Below, in pieces: positions 9,978 through 20,344 of a DNA stretch of 64,000 nucleotides. This DNA is from an uncultured Azospirillum sp. GTDB taxonomy: Bacteria; Pseudomonadota; Alphaproteobacteria; RF32; CAG-239. The position numbers and the translations under genes are program-made. The stretch is from NCBI GenBank assembly GCA_947301965.1, contig CAMYUM010000001.1, positions 190,731 through 254,730 of the forward strand, given 5' to 3'. Below the pieces are notes generated by a model. The model was given only the letters and a program-made list of their open reading frames with translations, searched no databases and was not told the origin of the DNA. Positions within the stretch are counted from its first letter, which is position 1. Each line of letters opens with the position of its first letter.

Positions 9978-10078
9978 TAATTTATTGGGATAATGAATAA
10001 ATAATATGTTGTTTAATTAGTTTTTTAGGTGTTATACTATCCCTTATATAAATTAATTATGAATTTAGGAGAGTTTTA

Positions 10079-10972
10079 ATGTATAGAAAACCAGAAGTTT
10101 GTATTCTTCCGGTAGCGGGTTTGTCAACTCGTAATTTGCCTGCAACAAAAGTTTTACATAAAGGATTTTTGACATTGAACAGCCTACCGATTATTCAGTA
10201 TGCGGTGGATGCCTGTGCGGAAATCGGAATAAAGGAAATTGTTTTTATATATAGTGATCAGTCATGCAAGCATTTGTTTGAGGCATATTATAAACCTTAT
10301 CCTTGGCTTGAAAATCATTTGCGCGAAAAAGGAAAACTGGATTTGCTGAAAGTAATTGAAAGCATTATTCCGGAGGGAATGAAGTTTAGTTTTGCCGAAC
10401 AAAAAGAACCTAAAGGCAATGGACACGCCGTTCTGATGGCAAAGGATATTGTCGGAAGCCGCGATTTTGTTGTGATGTGGCCGGATGATGTTTATATTAA
10501 TACTCACGACGGAGCCGGGGTTTTGCGCCAACTGCTTGATGTGTATGAGCAAGAAGGCGGAATGGTGGAAAATATTATGGAGTTTCCGCGCGAACAGATG
10601 GTTCGTTACGGAGCATTGATTGGTGCGGTCAGAGAAGGGCGTATTGTCAGAGCCAAGGGAAAAATTGAAAAACCGGCTTTGGAAGATGTGCCTTCAAATT
10701 ATGCAAGTATGGGACCGTATATTTTGCCAAATGAAATTATGGATATTTTGCCGGAAGTTAAAAAGGGTACAAACGGCGAAATTAATCTGGCAGATGCCAT
10801 GGGTTTGGCGGCACAAAGAGGCATGAAATTGACCGGAGTTTTATGTGACGTTATGCGTTTGGACTGTGGTACCAATGCAGAATTGGCAAAAGCAAATTTG
10901 AAGCTGACATTAATGCAAAATCCTGATTTAAGGGCGTATTGCAAAGAATTGCTGGAAACAATGTTTGTATAA
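10079..10972 (+). CDS. galU: UTP--glucose-1-phosphate uridylyltransferase
   Basis: 297 aa; ILPVAGLSTRNLPATK and KGNGHAV motifs of GalU. Confidence 0.75.
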   Translation: MYRKPEVCILPVAGLSTRNLPATKVLHKGFLTLNSLPIIQYAVDACAEIGIKEIVFIYSDQSCKHLFEAYYKPYPWLENHLREKGKLDLLKVIESIIPEGMKFSFAEQKEPKGNGHAVLMAKDIVGSRDFVVMWPDDVYINTHDGAGVLRQLLDVYEQEGGMVENIMEFPREQMVRYGALIGAVREGRIVRAKGKIEKPALEDVPSNYASMGPYILPNEIMDILPEVKKGTNGEINLADAMGLAAQRGMKLTGVLCDVMRLDCGTNAELAKANLKLTLMQNPDLRAYCKELLETMFV

Positions 10973-10974
10973 AA

Positions 10975-10997
10975 GATGCCGCTTTGCGGCATTTTTT
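10975..10997 (+). terminator. rho-independent terminator after galU
   Basis: gatgccgctttgcggcatc-like hairpin followed by tttttt. Confidence 0.5.
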
Positions 10998-11088
10998 ATA
11001 CAGCAAATATCAGATAATTGACAAATTAAAATAAAAGTAATAGCATCCTGCCATTACTTTTATTATTCAGGATTTAAATAATTATTGT

Positions 11089-11496
11089 ATGGATTTTAAA
11101 ACTTTATTCAGGAAAATCCGTAGACGTGTATGCGGATGTAAGTTGGTTGTTATTGATGCCCAGGGTAGCCAAGTGTTGGTTCTGGACAGAAATAAAAACG
11201 TCGGATGCTTGGAAGGAGAAGCCTTTGACGTAGTCATGAAACCCGGTGTAATGATTTGGGCTTTTTCGGGAGGGGATATGTCACTATTCAAAGTGTCTCC
11301 CGGGTCATACAAGAACAAGGATCAAAGTGCCAGACTGCTGTATTATGATGAGAAGCGGCACATGTGGATTGCTCGTTTGAAAAATGATACGAGTTTGGTG
11401 TTTTTTGATGCCGATTATCATCGTTATCAGCTAGGGGATACCGTGGTGGTGGATTTCTTCGGGCAGAAGGCCCTGATATCGCGTTTTGTGATGTAA
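11089..11496 (+). CDS. hypothetical protein (135 aa)
   Basis: Clean ORF between galU and rplY; no family recognised. Confidence 0.4.
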   Translation: MDFKTLFRKIRRRVCGCKLVVIDAQGSQVLVLDRNKNVGCLEGEAFDVVMKPGVMIWAFSGGDMSLFKVSPGSYKNKDQSARLLYYDEKRHMWIARLKNDTSLVFFDADYHRYQLGDTVVVDFFGQKALISRFVM

Positions 11497-11661
11497 ACTT
11501 AACAAACTTAGGTAAAAAGGGGGTGGCTGAAAAGCTTATCCCCTTTTTGTTAACTAAAAAGTGCTTGAAAAAAAATAAATATGGGTATAGAAGGGTTTTG
11601 TTCGGTGAGCACCCCTGGAGGCTTGCCGAAGATTTTAAGTTAATTTTTTAAGGAAAAACAA

Positions 11662-11952
11662 ATGGTAGATATTACATTTAATGCTGAAAAGCGCGAAAAA
11701 GCAGGTAAGGGGGCAGCTAGAGCATGTCGTCGTGAGGGACGTGTTCCTGCCGTTATTTATGGTAACAAGCAGGAACCGGTTATGATCAGCCTGCACCCGG
11801 TTGAGCTTGAAAAAGCTTTGGATATGGTTGGTTTTTATGATGCCGATATTGAAATTGTTGTCGACGGTAAGAAAATTAAAGTTACTTGCCAAGATGTACA
11901 ATTCCATCCGGTTTCTGACATGCCAATTCACGTTGACTTTCTTAGAAAATAA
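11662..11952 (+). CDS. rplY: 50S ribosomal protein L25, short form without the C-terminal CTC domain
   Basis: 96 aa; MVDITFNAEKREKAGKGAARACRREGRVPAVIYG matches the L25 N-domain; stops after HVDFLRK; rplY-pth-ychF order conserved. Confidence 0.75.
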   Translation: MVDITFNAEKREKAGKGAARACRREGRVPAVIYGNKQEPVMISLHPVELEKALDMVGFYDADIEIVVDGKKIKVTCQDVQFHPVSDMPIHVDFLRK

Positions 11953-11964
11953 TCTGTAGAAATG

Positions 11965-12030
11965 TTTCGGAGCGTCGAAATCCGGGCGATGATTGTAGTT
12001 GTCTCGGTGTCGCGCTCCGAAAAATTTTTA
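11965..12030 (+). other. perfect 10-bp inverted repeat (TTTCGGAGCG … CGCTCCGAAA) with ~38-nt loop and trailing T-run between rplY and pth
   Basis: Seen directly in sequence at ~11965-11974 and ~12013-12022, followed by aaattttta. Confidence 0.5.
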
Positions 12031-12044
12031 AACGGTGTGATAAA

Positions 12045-12614
12045 ATGTTTTTGATTGTCGGTTTAGGTAATCCCGGGGCTGAATATGTTGCTACCCGTCA
12101 TAATGTCGGTTTTATGACAGTTGATGCTATTGCCGAAAAATATGGGTTTAGTCCGTGGCGTGATAAATTTGATGGATTGATTGCTGAGGGGTGTATCGGC
12201 GATGAAAAAGTCTATTTGTTAAAACCTCAGACTTTCATGAATTTGTCCGGAAACTCGGTAGTGAAGGCGGCAATGTTTTATAAAATATTACCTGATCATA
12301 TTGTAGTCATACATGATGATATGGATTTGGGGATTGATAAGATAAAAGCCAAAACCGGTGGTGGATCAGGCGGACATAACGGAATTAAGAGTATAGATTC
12401 ACACATAACAAACGCCTATCATCGTGTGCGAATCGGTGTCGGACATCCGAGTGGCAATGATGGCGATGTAGTGAATCATGTGTTGTCACGATTTTCAAAA
12501 ATTGAAGCGGAGAGTCTCGGCAAAAATATAAAAATTGTTGCAGATAATATTGAAATTTTATTGAAAGACGGAGTGCCGGCATTCAGCAATAAAATCGGAA
12601 TGTTAAAGGCATAG
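12045..12614 (+). CDS. pth: peptidyl-tRNA hydrolase
   Basis: 189 aa; MFLIVGLGNPGAEYVATRHNVGF canonical Pth N-terminus. Confidence 0.85.
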   Translation: MFLIVGLGNPGAEYVATRHNVGFMTVDAIAEKYGFSPWRDKFDGLIAEGCIGDEKVYLLKPQTFMNLSGNSVVKAAMFYKILPDHIVVIHDDMDLGIDKIKAKTGGGSGGHNGIKSIDSHITNAYHRVRIGVGHPSGNDGDVVNHVLSRFSKIEAESLGKNIKIVADNIEILLKDGVPAFSNKIGMLKA

Positions 12615-12626
12615 AAGGAGAGTATT

Positions 12627-13736
12627 ATGGGGTTTAATTGCGGTATTGTGGGATTGCCTAATGTCGGAAAGTCTACGTTGTTTAATGCGCTGACACAAAC
12701 GATAGCAGCACAGGCGGCAAATTTTCCTTTTTGTACAATAGAACCCAATACCGGTCGGGTGGCTGTTCCTGATGAGCGTTTGGATAAACTGGTTGAGTTG
12801 GTAAAACCTAAAAATGTTGTACCGACACAATTGGAATTTGTTGATATTGCCGGCTTGGTAAAAGGAGCATCAAAAGGTGAAGGACTGGGAAACCAGTTTT
12901 TGGCCAACATTCGCGAAGTTGATGCCATAATACATGTTTTGCGTTGTTTTGAAGACGACAATATTACCCATGTTGAAGGCAGTGTTGATCCGATACGTGA
13001 TGCTGAAATTGTAGAAACCGAACTGATGATTGCCGATTTGGAATCTTTGGAAAAACGCTATGAGCAAACAGTCAAGAAGGCGCGCGGCGGAGACAAAGAA
13101 TCAATTGTTCGTCAGGCAGTTATGGAGCCGATTATTGAAGCCCTGAAGTCAGGCAAACCGGCGAGAGCGGCAGCGCCCGACGCAAGCAATAAAGATGCGG
13201 TCAAAGAGTATAAAATGTTGCAACTGTTGACTTCAAAGCCGGTTTTGTATGTTTGTAATGTTGATGAAAATTCTGCCGCTACGGGGAACAAGTTTTCGGA
13301 GCAGGTTGAAAAGAAAGCAGCTGCAGAAGGTGCAAAAGCGGTTATTATTTCGGCGGCGATTGAGTCTGAAGTTGCGCAATTGGATAATAAAGAAGAGCAA
13401 AAAGAATTTTTGGAAACCTTAGGACTGAAAGAGACCGGTTTGGCCAGAATTATCCGCGCCGGATATGATTTACTCGGTTTGCAAACTTATTTTACCGCCG
13501 GTCCGAAAGAAGTAAGAGCGTGGACTTTTGTTAAAGGTTCAAAGGCTCCGCAATGCGCCGGAATTATTCACTCCGATTTTGAAAGAGGGTTTATTCGGGC
13601 AGAAACAATTTCGTACAACGACTATGTAAGTCTGGGCGGAGAACAGGCTTGCAAAGAGGCGGGAAAAATGCGTTCCGAAGGTAAGGATTATGTGGTGCAA
13701 GACGGTGATTTGATGAACTTCTTGTTTAATGTATAA
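12627..13736 (+). CDS. ychF: ribosome-binding ATPase YchF
   Basis: 369 aa; [19 protein letters not shown]-loop and C-terminal TGS-like domain. Confidence 0.9.
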   Translation: MGFNCGIVGLPNVGKSTLFNALTQTIAAQAANFPFCTIEPNTGRVAVPDERLDKLVELVKPKNVVPTQLEFVDIAGLVKGASKGEGLGNQFLANIREVDAIIHVLRCFEDDNITHVEGSVDPIRDAEIVETELMIADLESLEKRYEQTVKKARGGDKESIVRQAVMEPIIEALKSGKPARAAAPDASNKDAVKEYKMLQLLTSKPVLYVCNVDENSAATGNKFSEQVEKKAAAEGAKAVIISAAIESEVAQLDNKEEQKEFLETLGLKETGLARIIRAGYDLLGLQTYFTAGPKEVRAWTFVKGSKAPQCAGIIHSDFERGFIRAETISYNDYVSLGGEQACKEAGKMRSEGKDYVVQDGDLMNFLFNV

Positions 13737-13772
13737 AAAAGGCGGAGACTTAAAAAGGTCTCCGTTTTTTTA
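13737..13772 (+). terminator. rho-independent terminator after ychF
   Basis: ggcggagac ttaaaaag gtctccg followed by ttttttt. Confidence 0.6.
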
Positions 13773-13781
13773 TGCGCTCAA

Positions 13782-13811
13782 CTTGACTCCGGGGGTGGTG
13801 GCTTCCTATAT
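13782..13811 (+). promoter_or_regulatory. RpoH (sigma-32)-type heat-shock promoter upstream of clpB
   Basis: CTTGAC (13782-13787), a 17-nt spacer, then CCTATAT (13805-13811). This matches the alphaproteobacterial sigma-32 consensus CTTG-N17-CYTATNT, and it sits ~20 nt upstream of the clpB RBS. Confidence 0.45.
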
Positions 13812-13832
13812 AATTGATAGGAGATGAGAGCC

Positions 13833-16391
13833 ATGAATTTAGAAAAATTTACTACACGTTCGCAAGAAATTATAAAGTCAGCTTATGATACGGCAGTTGC
13901 CGGAAAGCGGCAATATGTTACGGCATTGGAAATTTTGCAGGCAATTTTGACTGCGAGAGATGCGGTTATTGATAAATTGATAGTCGATGCCGGCGGCAAT
14001 ATTGATGCTTTGAGAAAAGACACAGAAAATGAAGTTAATAAGGTTGCGCAAGTGTCGGGCAATGTGCAAACAGTCGTTTCACAAGATTTTAATGAAGTTA
14101 CCTTGGCGGCGGAAAATATCGCGACAAAAGCAAATGATAAGTTTGTTACGGTTGAAAGGTTGTTGCAGGCATTGGCAATGACCGCCGGGAACAAAGCTTA
14201 TGATTTGTTAAAGTCAAACGGAGTAAATGCTCAAAAGTTAAATTTGGCAATTTCTAATTATCGTCAGGGAAGATTGGCTGATAGTGAAAGCGCGGAAGAT
14301 AATTTTGAAGCATTGAAAAAATATGCAATTGATATTACCGCCAAAGCTAAAGAAGGAAAACTTGATCCGGTTATCGGGCGTGATGCAGAAATCAGAAGAA
14401 CAATTCAAGTGCTTTCCCGCCGTACCAAGAACAATCCGGTATTGATTGGTGAGCCGGGGGTAGGCAAAACCGCAATTGTCGAAGGTTTGGCAATGCGTAT
14501 TGTTAATAACGATGTGCCGGAAAGTTTGAAAGGAAAACGCTTGTTGGCTTTGGATATGGGAGCATTGATTGCAGGTGCAAAGTTCAGAGGTGAATTTGAA
14601 GAGCGCTTGAAAGCAGTGCTGAAAGATGTTGAGGCGGCTAACGGTGGTATAATTCTGTTTATTGATGAAATGCACACCATTGTCGGGGCCGGAGCAAACG
14701 AGGGTTCAATGGACGCTTCAAACCTCTTGAAACCAGCATTAGCGCGGGGCGAGTTGCATTGTTTGGGAGCGACGACATTATCGGAATATAAAAAGTATGT
14801 AGAAAAAGATGCAGCTTTGGCAAGGCGTTTTCAGCCGGTATTTGTAGCCGAACCGGGAATTGAGGAAAGTATTTCAATTTTACGCGGAATTAAAGAAAAA
14901 TTTGAACTGCACCACGGAGTCAGAATATCCGATAGTGCATTGATTGCGGCAGTTACACTTTCCAACAGATATATAAGTGACAGATTTTTGCCGGATAAGG
15001 CGATTGACTTAATGGACGAGGCGGCAAGTTCACTGCGTATGGCGATTGATTCAAAGCCGGAGGAATTAGATGGTTTGGATCGTAAAATCTTGCAGCTTAA
15101 AATTGAGAGAGAGGCTTTGAAGAAGGAAAAAGATGATAATTCTAAAAAGCGTTTGGTCGAAATTGAAAAAGAAATTGCCGATGAGGAAGAAAAGGCAAAT
15201 GCTTTGTCCGCAAAATGGAAAGCCGGGAAAAAGGCTTTGGCTGATTTGACTGAAGTGAAAGATAAGTTGGATAAGGCTAGAAATGAAGCAATTATTGCCC
15301 AGCGTAACGGACAGTTTGAAAAGGCTGGTCAGTTACAATACGGGGAAATTCCTCAACTGGAAAAACAACTGCATGAGTTGGAGGATTTGGCAAAACAACA
15401 AAAGGGTGATGCCGAGCATGTTGTTACCGATACCGCTATTGCCGAAGTGGTTTCAAAGTGGACAGGAATTCCGGTTGATAAAATGCTGGAAGGCGAAAAA
15501 GACAAGCTGTTGAAAATGGAAGAGTTTTTGGCACAACGCGTAGTCGGTCAAAAGGAAGCTATTAGTGCGGTAGCTAATGCGGTACGTCGTTCACGTGCAG
15601 GAATCAGCGACCACAAGCAACCTATTGGTTCATTTTTGTTTTTGGGTCCGACCGGTGTCGGCAAGACAGAGTTAAGCAAAGCTTTGGCAGAGTTTTTGTT
15701 TAATGATGAAAATGCAATGTTTCGTGTCGATATGTCGGAGTACATGGAAAAGCATGCGGTGGCTCGTCTTATCGGTTCTCCTCCGGGATATGTCGGATAT
15801 GAAGAAGGTGGCGCATTGACGGAATCTGTTCGACGCAGACCATATCAGGTAATTTTGTTTGATGAGGTTGAAAAGGCTCATCCCGATGTGTTTAATATTT
15901 TGTTGCAGGTGCTTGATGACGGGCGTCTGACTGATAGCAAAGGTCGTACCGTTGATTTTAAGAACACGATTATTATCATGACTTCTAACTTGGGTTCGGA
16001 TATCTTAATGCGCGGAGGCTCCAAAGAAGAGGTTATGAATGTGGTTAAAGGTGCTTTCAGACCGGAGTTTATTAACCGTATTGATGAGATAAGCGTATTT
16101 GATAAGCTGAGTAAAGATGATATTAAACAAATTGCTAAAATTCAGCTGCGTAATATTGAAAAGCGGTTGGAAGAAAAAAATATTAAGTTGCATTTTAGTG
16201 ATGAGGCAATTAGTTGGATCAGCAAAAACGGATATGATGAAAATTTCGGTGCACGTCCGCTAAAACGTTTGCTTAAAACACAGGTTGAAAATCAATTGGC
16301 GCTTAAAATATTGAATAATGAAATCGCAGACAATGATACAGCAGAAATTGTTGTTAAAGATAATGCTCTGGAGATAGAAAAAGTTGATTGA
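13833..16391 (+). CDS. clpB: ATP-dependent chaperone ClpB
   Basis: Two AAA+ modules with a coiled-coil middle domain. The ORF track starts at 13824 (MRAM…), but the ATG at 13833 (MNLEKFT…) has a better-spaced RBS (aggaga) and matches the usual ClpB N-terminus. Confidence 0.9.
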   Translation: MNLEKFTTRSQEIIKSAYDTAVAGKRQYVTALEILQAILTARDAVIDKLIVDAGGNIDALRKDTENEVNKVAQVSGNVQTVVSQDFNEVTLAAENIATKANDKFVTVERLLQALAMTAGNKAYDLLKSNGVNAQKLNLAISNYRQGRLADSESAEDNFEALKKYAIDITAKAKEGKLDPVIGRDAEIRRTIQVLSRRTKNNPVLIGEPGVGKTAIVEGLAMRIVNNDVPESLKGKRLLALDMGALIAGAKFRGEFEERLKAVLKDVEAANGGIILFIDEMHTIVGAGANEGSMDASNLLKPALARGELHCLGATTLSEYKKYVEKDAALARRFQPVFVAEPGIEESISILRGIKEKFELHHGVRISDSALIAAVTLSNRYISDRFLPDKAIDLMDEAASSLRMAIDSKPEELDGLDRKILQLKIEREALKKEKDDNSKKRLVEIEKEIADEEEKANALSAKWKAGKKALADLTEVKDKLDKARNEAIIAQRNGQFEKAGQLQYGEIPQLEKQLHELEDLAKQQKGDAEHVVTDTAIAEVVSKWTGIPVDKMLEGEKDKLLKMEEFLAQRVVGQKEAISAVANAVRRSRAGISDHKQPIGSFLFLGPTGVGKTELSKALAEFLFNDENAMFRVDMSEYMEKHAVARLIGSPPGYVGYEEGGALTESVRRRPYQVILFDEVEKAHPDVFNILLQVLDDGRLTDSKGRTVDFKNTIIIMTSNLGSDILMRGGSKEEVMNVVKGAFRPEFINRIDEISVFDKLSKDDIKQIAKIQLRNIEKRLEEKNIKLHFSDEAISWISKNGYDENFGARPLKRLLKTQVENQLALKILNNEIADNDTAEIVVKDNALEIEKVD

Positions 16392-16818
16392 TAATTATTT
16401 GTATGAAAAAGCGGTAAATATTGCCGAAACATTTGATGTCGCCTCGGCAAGAGATTGTGTGGTCGTGTACTCAATCAGTTTTTTGCCGACCAAAGGAAAT
16501 AAAGATGCTGCTTTTGCTTATATTAAGAACAATCCGTCATCAATAATGATTGACCAAACTCCATGCGGAAAAGCGCTGAATGAACTGTTTGGCAATGATG
16601 CTGATTTTGATGATGAAGATAAACAGAAGGTAGCAAAAGTGTGGGCTATAGCGTCAAAGCGGTTTATTGCGCAAGCCAGCGGAAATATTACAGCCTTTGT
16701 AAAAAATGCCGATGCTCGCAGTGTGTTCCGTAGTGTGGAACTACCGGCAATTCTTAAAAACGATAGGATTAAAACAATAAACGGAGTTGATAAAAATCAG
16801 TTTACTTTTTCAGACTGA
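16384..16818 (+). CDS. hypothetical protein (144 aa), possibly translationally coupled to clpB
   Basis: Starts at a TTG overlapping the clpB stop by 8 nt; weak RBS; first in-frame ATG is 53 codons in; converges and overlaps the M23 peptidase gene by 22 nt. No family recognised. Confidence 0.3.
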   Translation: MIDNYLYEKAVNIAETFDVASARDCVVVYSISFLPTKGNKDAAFAYIKNNPSSIMIDQTPCGKALNELFGNDADFDDEDKQKVAKVWAIASKRFIAQASGNITAFVKNADARSVFRSVELPAILKNDRIKTINGVDKNQFTFSD

Positions 16819-18212
16819 GCTGTTTGCTCTTGAGCCAGTTTTTCTGATTTTTGCATATCAGCCAACATATTTTTGCGGGTCTCATCAATTTTGCTGACCT
16901 GATGTTTGAAGTTAGTCAGGTTTTTGCCGGTAAGATTGTTAGCGGCCGTAGCTTTGATGGTCAGAGGATTAACTCTTTGACCGTTACGGATTACTTCATA
17001 ATGCAAGTGGGCTCCAGTAGAACGCCCTGATGATCCGACATATCCGATGGTTTGTCCTTTTTTGACGCGAGTTCCGACATGAATGCCGCGCGCATAACCG
17101 TTCATATGTCCATAGGCAGTTGAGTATTCACTATTATGGCGGATGCGGATATAATTGCCATATCCGTTACGATATTGAGCAACTTCGACAACTCCATCTC
17201 CGGCGGCATATATTGCGGAGCCTCTCGGAGCGGGATAATCAACACCCCAGTGAGTGCGAATGTCTTTGTAAATAGGGTGACGGCGGCGACCAAAATATGA
17301 TGATATGCGGCTGCTTTGATGAGCCATGGGACGACGGCTGAGAAGGTTTTTCTTGATGGCATTGCCTTTGGGGGTGTAATAGTCAACATTGCCGCCGGCA
17401 TCTTTAAAGCGATAAAGCTCCATTTTGTTTTTGCCTAAAGAGATGGAGGCATAAATTATGTTGCCGTTTTTAGCAATGCTGCCATCGGGTAACAGGTAGT
17501 TTTTGTACATGATTTCGTAGGTGTCACCCTTTTTGATGTCGCGTCGAAAATCAACTCCGGCAGAAAATATATGAATGAAATTAGCAACAATACGACTGGG
17601 TACGCCATTGTTGTGCATTGAAGCGGAAACGGTACCGTTAATTTGTCCGGAAACTGATTTTATTTCTTCAATCAGTTCATCTCTGTCAACGCGTGCGGAG
17701 TAGGTGTTATCATCATTAATGGCAACATTCAGGTGTTGTCCGCCTCTTAATGTTGAGGCGAGAGATTTTACCATATATGATCCGTCAATGGTTGCGGTTT
17801 CAATCTCAATTTTTTGGCCGGCACGTAAGTCACGAGGATCAAAAACTTTGCGAATTGATACAAAAACATCGTTGGCGTGTTTGTAGTCAACCCCCATTTC
17901 GGTTAAGATGCTGAGTAATGTATCACCGGATTTTACTTCAATAGTGTATTTGCCGTCGTGGGGAATAGGGTGTCTTTCGGCCTCTTCTTCAGAGATAATG
18001 GTTTCTTCTTCAAAACCATCGTTTTCAACATCATTTTCAAGAACGGCCATGGGCGCAGAATTTGATATTGATGCTTTTACGGAAGTGTTTTTGGCAACAA
18101 CAAAGATAAGCGCCAAAGCCACAGCAAAAGTAGAGCAAAATGTAACTAAACACTGCTTGGTTTTGATAGACGGATAAATTTGTTGCACAAATTCTTTAAG
18201 CAAAAACAACAC
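16797..18212 (-). CDS. M23-family metallopeptidase (MepM/NlpD-like) with LysM-like domain and N-terminal membrane anchor
   Basis: 471 aa; C-terminal M23 signature (GHMNGYARGIHVG…GYVGSSGRSTGAHLHYEV); YTIEVKSGDTLLSIL LysM-like segment; TM helix at aa ~20-40. Confidence 0.7.
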   Translation of the reverse strand: MLFLLKEFVQQIYPSIKTKQCLVTFCSTFAVALALIFVVAKNTSVKASISNSAPMAVLENDVENDGFEEETIISEEEAERHPIPHDGKYTIEVKSGDTLLSILTEMGVDYKHANDVFVSIRKVFDPRDLRAGQKIEIETATIDGSYMVKSLASTLRGGQHLNVAINDDNTYSARVDRDELIEEIKSVSGQINGTVSASMHNNGVPSRIVANFIHIFSAGVDFRRDIKKGDTYEIMYKNYLLPDGSIAKNGNIIYASISLGKNKMELYRFKDAGGNVDYYTPKGNAIKKNLLSRRPMAHQSSRISSYFGRRRHPIYKDIRTHWGVDYPAPRGSAIYAAGDGVVEVAQYRNGYGNYIRIRHNSEYSTAYGHMNGYARGIHVGTRVKKGQTIGYVGSSGRSTGAHLHYEVIRNGQRVNPLTIKATAANNLTGKNLTNFKHQVSKIDETRKNMLADMQKSEKLAQEQTAQSEKVN

Positions 18213-18327
18213 CTTTTCAATTCGCTACTTATATCAGCGGTACTCTAGCATACAGAGCAGAAAATACCAGTTAAAAATACAGGATATCCTATACTTTTAT
18301 TTTTTTAAAATATTATGAAAAAAATAC

Positions 18328-18356
18328 TTGCAAATAAAAAAAATGTTAGTTATAAG
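18328..18356 (+). promoter_or_regulatory. sigma-70-like promoter for tRNA-Asp
   Basis: TTGCAA (18328-18333), a 17-nt A-rich spacer, then TATAAG (18351-18356), ~15 nt upstream of the tRNA 5' end. Confidence 0.35.
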
Positions 18357-18371
18357 GAATAACAAATTTAC

Positions 18372-18448
18372 TGGGGGTGTAGCTCAGTTGGTTAGAGCGC
18401 CTGCCTGTCACGCAGGAGGTCGCGAGTTCGAGCCTCGTCACTCCCGCC
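18372..18448 (+). tRNA. tRNA-Asp (anticodon GTC)
   Basis: Cloverleaf read by eye: acceptor GGGGGTG/CACTCCC, D-arm GCTCAGTTGGTTAGAGC, anticodon loop CTGTCAC, T-arm GGTCGCGAGTTCGAGCCTCG, encoded CCA. Confidence 0.85.
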
Positions 18449-18452
18449 ATTA

Positions 18453-18480
18453 AAAAATCCGCCGAAAAGGCGGTTTTTTT
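18453..18480. terminator. bidirectional rho-independent terminator (tRNA-Asp / grx-like gene)
   Basis: aaaaaatccgccgaaaaggcggttttttt: GC stem flanked by an A-run and a T-run. Confidence 0.6.
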
Positions 18481-18481
18481 A

Positions 18482-18847
18482 TTAGAGTTTCGGATAAAAG
18501 GCTTTTTTTAAGCCAACTTTGTTTTCAATTCCCCAACCCATGACCAATTTGTTGTTGAATATAATTATCGGGGTACCGACAGTGTTTTTGTGAAATTTGT
18601 ATTTTTCAAGATAATGTTTGAGGATTTTGATATTTTCCATATCGTAGGAAATATCTATTTGAGTCACCCGCAAAGAAGGGTTTTTTACAAGAAGGTCGTT
18701 GTTAATAAAATCAACCGCCTTTTCGCAATGAGAGCATCCCTGTTGGGTAAAAATGATAATGTCGGCATCAATATCTTGTTTAGAAGTTTTGCTGCAAGAA
18801 CAAAGCGTGAGAATGGTTACAAACAGTATATAAAAAATATTTTTCAT
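18482..18847 (-). CDS. thioredoxin-fold (glutaredoxin-like, CSHC active site) lipoprotein
   Basis: 121 aa; lipoprotein-type signal (MKNIFYILFVTILTLCSC); QQGCSHCEKAVDFIN CxxC motif in a glutaredoxin-like context. Confidence 0.5.
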   Translation of the reverse strand: MKNIFYILFVTILTLCSCSKTSKQDIDADIIIFTQQGCSHCEKAVDFINNDLLVKNPSLRVTQIDISYDMENIKILKHYLEKYKFHKNTVGTPIIIFNNKLVMGWGIENKVGLKKAFYPKL

Positions 18848-18959
18848 AGCGGTTCCTCAAAACATACTCGGCTAATATTAAAAAAACAAAACTAAATTTC
18901 AAGGCTTTTTAATCTATTTTTTATTTTTTGTGATTATGTTATAACTTTGGAGGTGGGTT

Positions 18960-19319
18960 ATGGCAAAAATAGTTCAGAAAATATCGTCAATTGTTGCAAA
19001 GACGGGCAGAGTTTTCAGGCATCATAAAATTACGATGAACGAAACATCGGCAAAAAGATTGCAGCGTATGATTTTTGAGGCCAGAACCGCAAAGAAAAAC
19101 GGGGATTGTACACCGACTTATGTAAAAATTGCCGAACAAATGAAGGCTCCTCAAAATCAGGTGTTTAATATGGCAATTTATGATTTGGTTAAGATTGCAA
19201 ACAATTCAAGAAGATATAAAAGTGAAATTATAAAAACTATGCAGGATTATGCCGCCGCAGGAGAAAATCCTCCCGAACGTCGCGAAACCGTGCTGAAAAA
19301 AATATCTGAAATAAAATAA
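18960..19319 (+). CDS. hypothetical protein (119 aa, basic)
   Basis: Clean ORF with RBS (ggaggtgggtt atg) and its own terminator; no family recognised. Confidence 0.4.
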   Translation: MAKIVQKISSIVAKTGRVFRHHKITMNETSAKRLQRMIFEARTAKKNGDCTPTYVKIAEQMKAPQNQVFNMAIYDLVKIANNSRRYKSEIIKTMQDYAAAGENPPERRETVLKKISEIK

Positions 19320-19320
19320 A

Positions 19321-19351
19321 AAAAATCCCTCCGAGAAGGAGGGATTTTTTG
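19321..19351. terminator. bidirectional rho-independent terminator
   Basis: aaaaaatccctccgagaaggagggatttttt. Confidence 0.6.
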
Positions 19352-19363
19352 TTGTCGGTTAAT

Positions 19364-20176
19364 TTATTTAATAACTTTACCGTCCAGAGAATATTTTTCA
19401 ATCTGGGCGTCTTTGGCGATGTCGGTCATAACGCTTTTGAGAGCATCACGAGCTAAAATGCCTTTCATCTGGTTTTCGGCATCTTTGTATGACAACGGTT
19501 TGCTGTCACGTACATCATCAACCATGATGATATGATAGCCGAATTGGGTCTTTATCGGTTTTTGTGAGAATTGGCCTCTCTTCATTGAAAAAGCGGCATT
19601 TCCGAAGTCAGGGACCATCATATCTTTGGTGAAATAGCCAAGATCAATCTTTTTCTCTTTGGAATATTTACGAGCCAAATCATCAAATTTTTCGCCTTTT
19701 TTAATACGCTCAATAATGTCGTTGGCGATGGTCTCGTTTTCAACCAAAATGTGACGAGCTTTCATTTCTTTCTCGGAAACGAAGTTGGTTTTATACTGGT
19801 TGTAGAGATTTTTCAAATCGTTTTCGGTGATTTTTTTATCGAGTTCCTGGCGAATAAAGATTTTGCTGGCGATGTCATTGCCGGCAACTTGTATTTGTTT
19901 TTTGTATTCTTCGGAGTTTCTTACGCCGGATTTGTCTGCTGCCTGTTGAACAACTTTGCTGCTGACCCAAGCGTTAAGAGCTTTTTCATAAAAGGCATCC
20001 CATTTTTCCTGATTGTGGATTTGCGGAGTGCCGTCATAAATGGCTTTAATTTCAGCGACTGTGATTTTTTCACCGTTTACAACACCGGCAATACCGCCTT
20101 TGCCCTCGGCGTTGGCGTTAAACGGGTTCAAAACGGCAAGGGATAAAGCAATAGCCGCAATATATTTGGTTTTCAT
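19364..20176 (-). CDS. PpiC/parvulin-type peptidyl-prolyl cis-trans isomerase (SurA-like, periplasmic)
   Basis: Signal peptide MKTKYIAAIALSLAVLNPFNANA; parvulin domain (ARHILV…GYHIIMV). Track start 20191 (MGGTLM) rejected: GGGAGGA RBS is correctly spaced for the ATG at ~20176. Confidence 0.65.
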   Translation of the reverse strand: MKTKYIAAIALSLAVLNPFNANAEGKGGIAGVVNGEKITVAEIKAIYDGTPQIHNQEKWDAFYEKALNAWVSSKVVQQAADKSGVRNSEEYKKQIQVAGNDIASKIFIRQELDKKITENDLKNLYNQYKTNFVSEKEMKARHILVENETIANDIIERIKKGEKFDDLARKYSKEKKIDLGYFTKDMMVPDFGNAAFSMKRGQFSQKPIKTQFGYHIIMVDDVRDSKPLSYKDAENQMKGILARDALKSVMTDIAKDAQIEKYSLDGKVIK

Positions 20177-20344
20177 TAATGTTCCTCCCAAAAAAATAAA
20201 ACTGGTTTAGTTATACCTTAAAATAAAAAATTTCCAAGAAAAATATTTAGATAAAGTTTATAAGTCGGGGCAAACTATTGACTTTATATATTATAAACAT
20301 TAAATGTAAGGTTGACTTATAATATTTAAAAGGTGGTTTTGTCT

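Noticed and set aside
11089-11496. PilZ-like c-di-GMP-binding domain in the 135-aa hypothetical (RKIRRR near N-terminus)
   Set aside because: The second PilZ motif (DxSxxG) is not present at the right spacing, so the resemblance is too weak to call.
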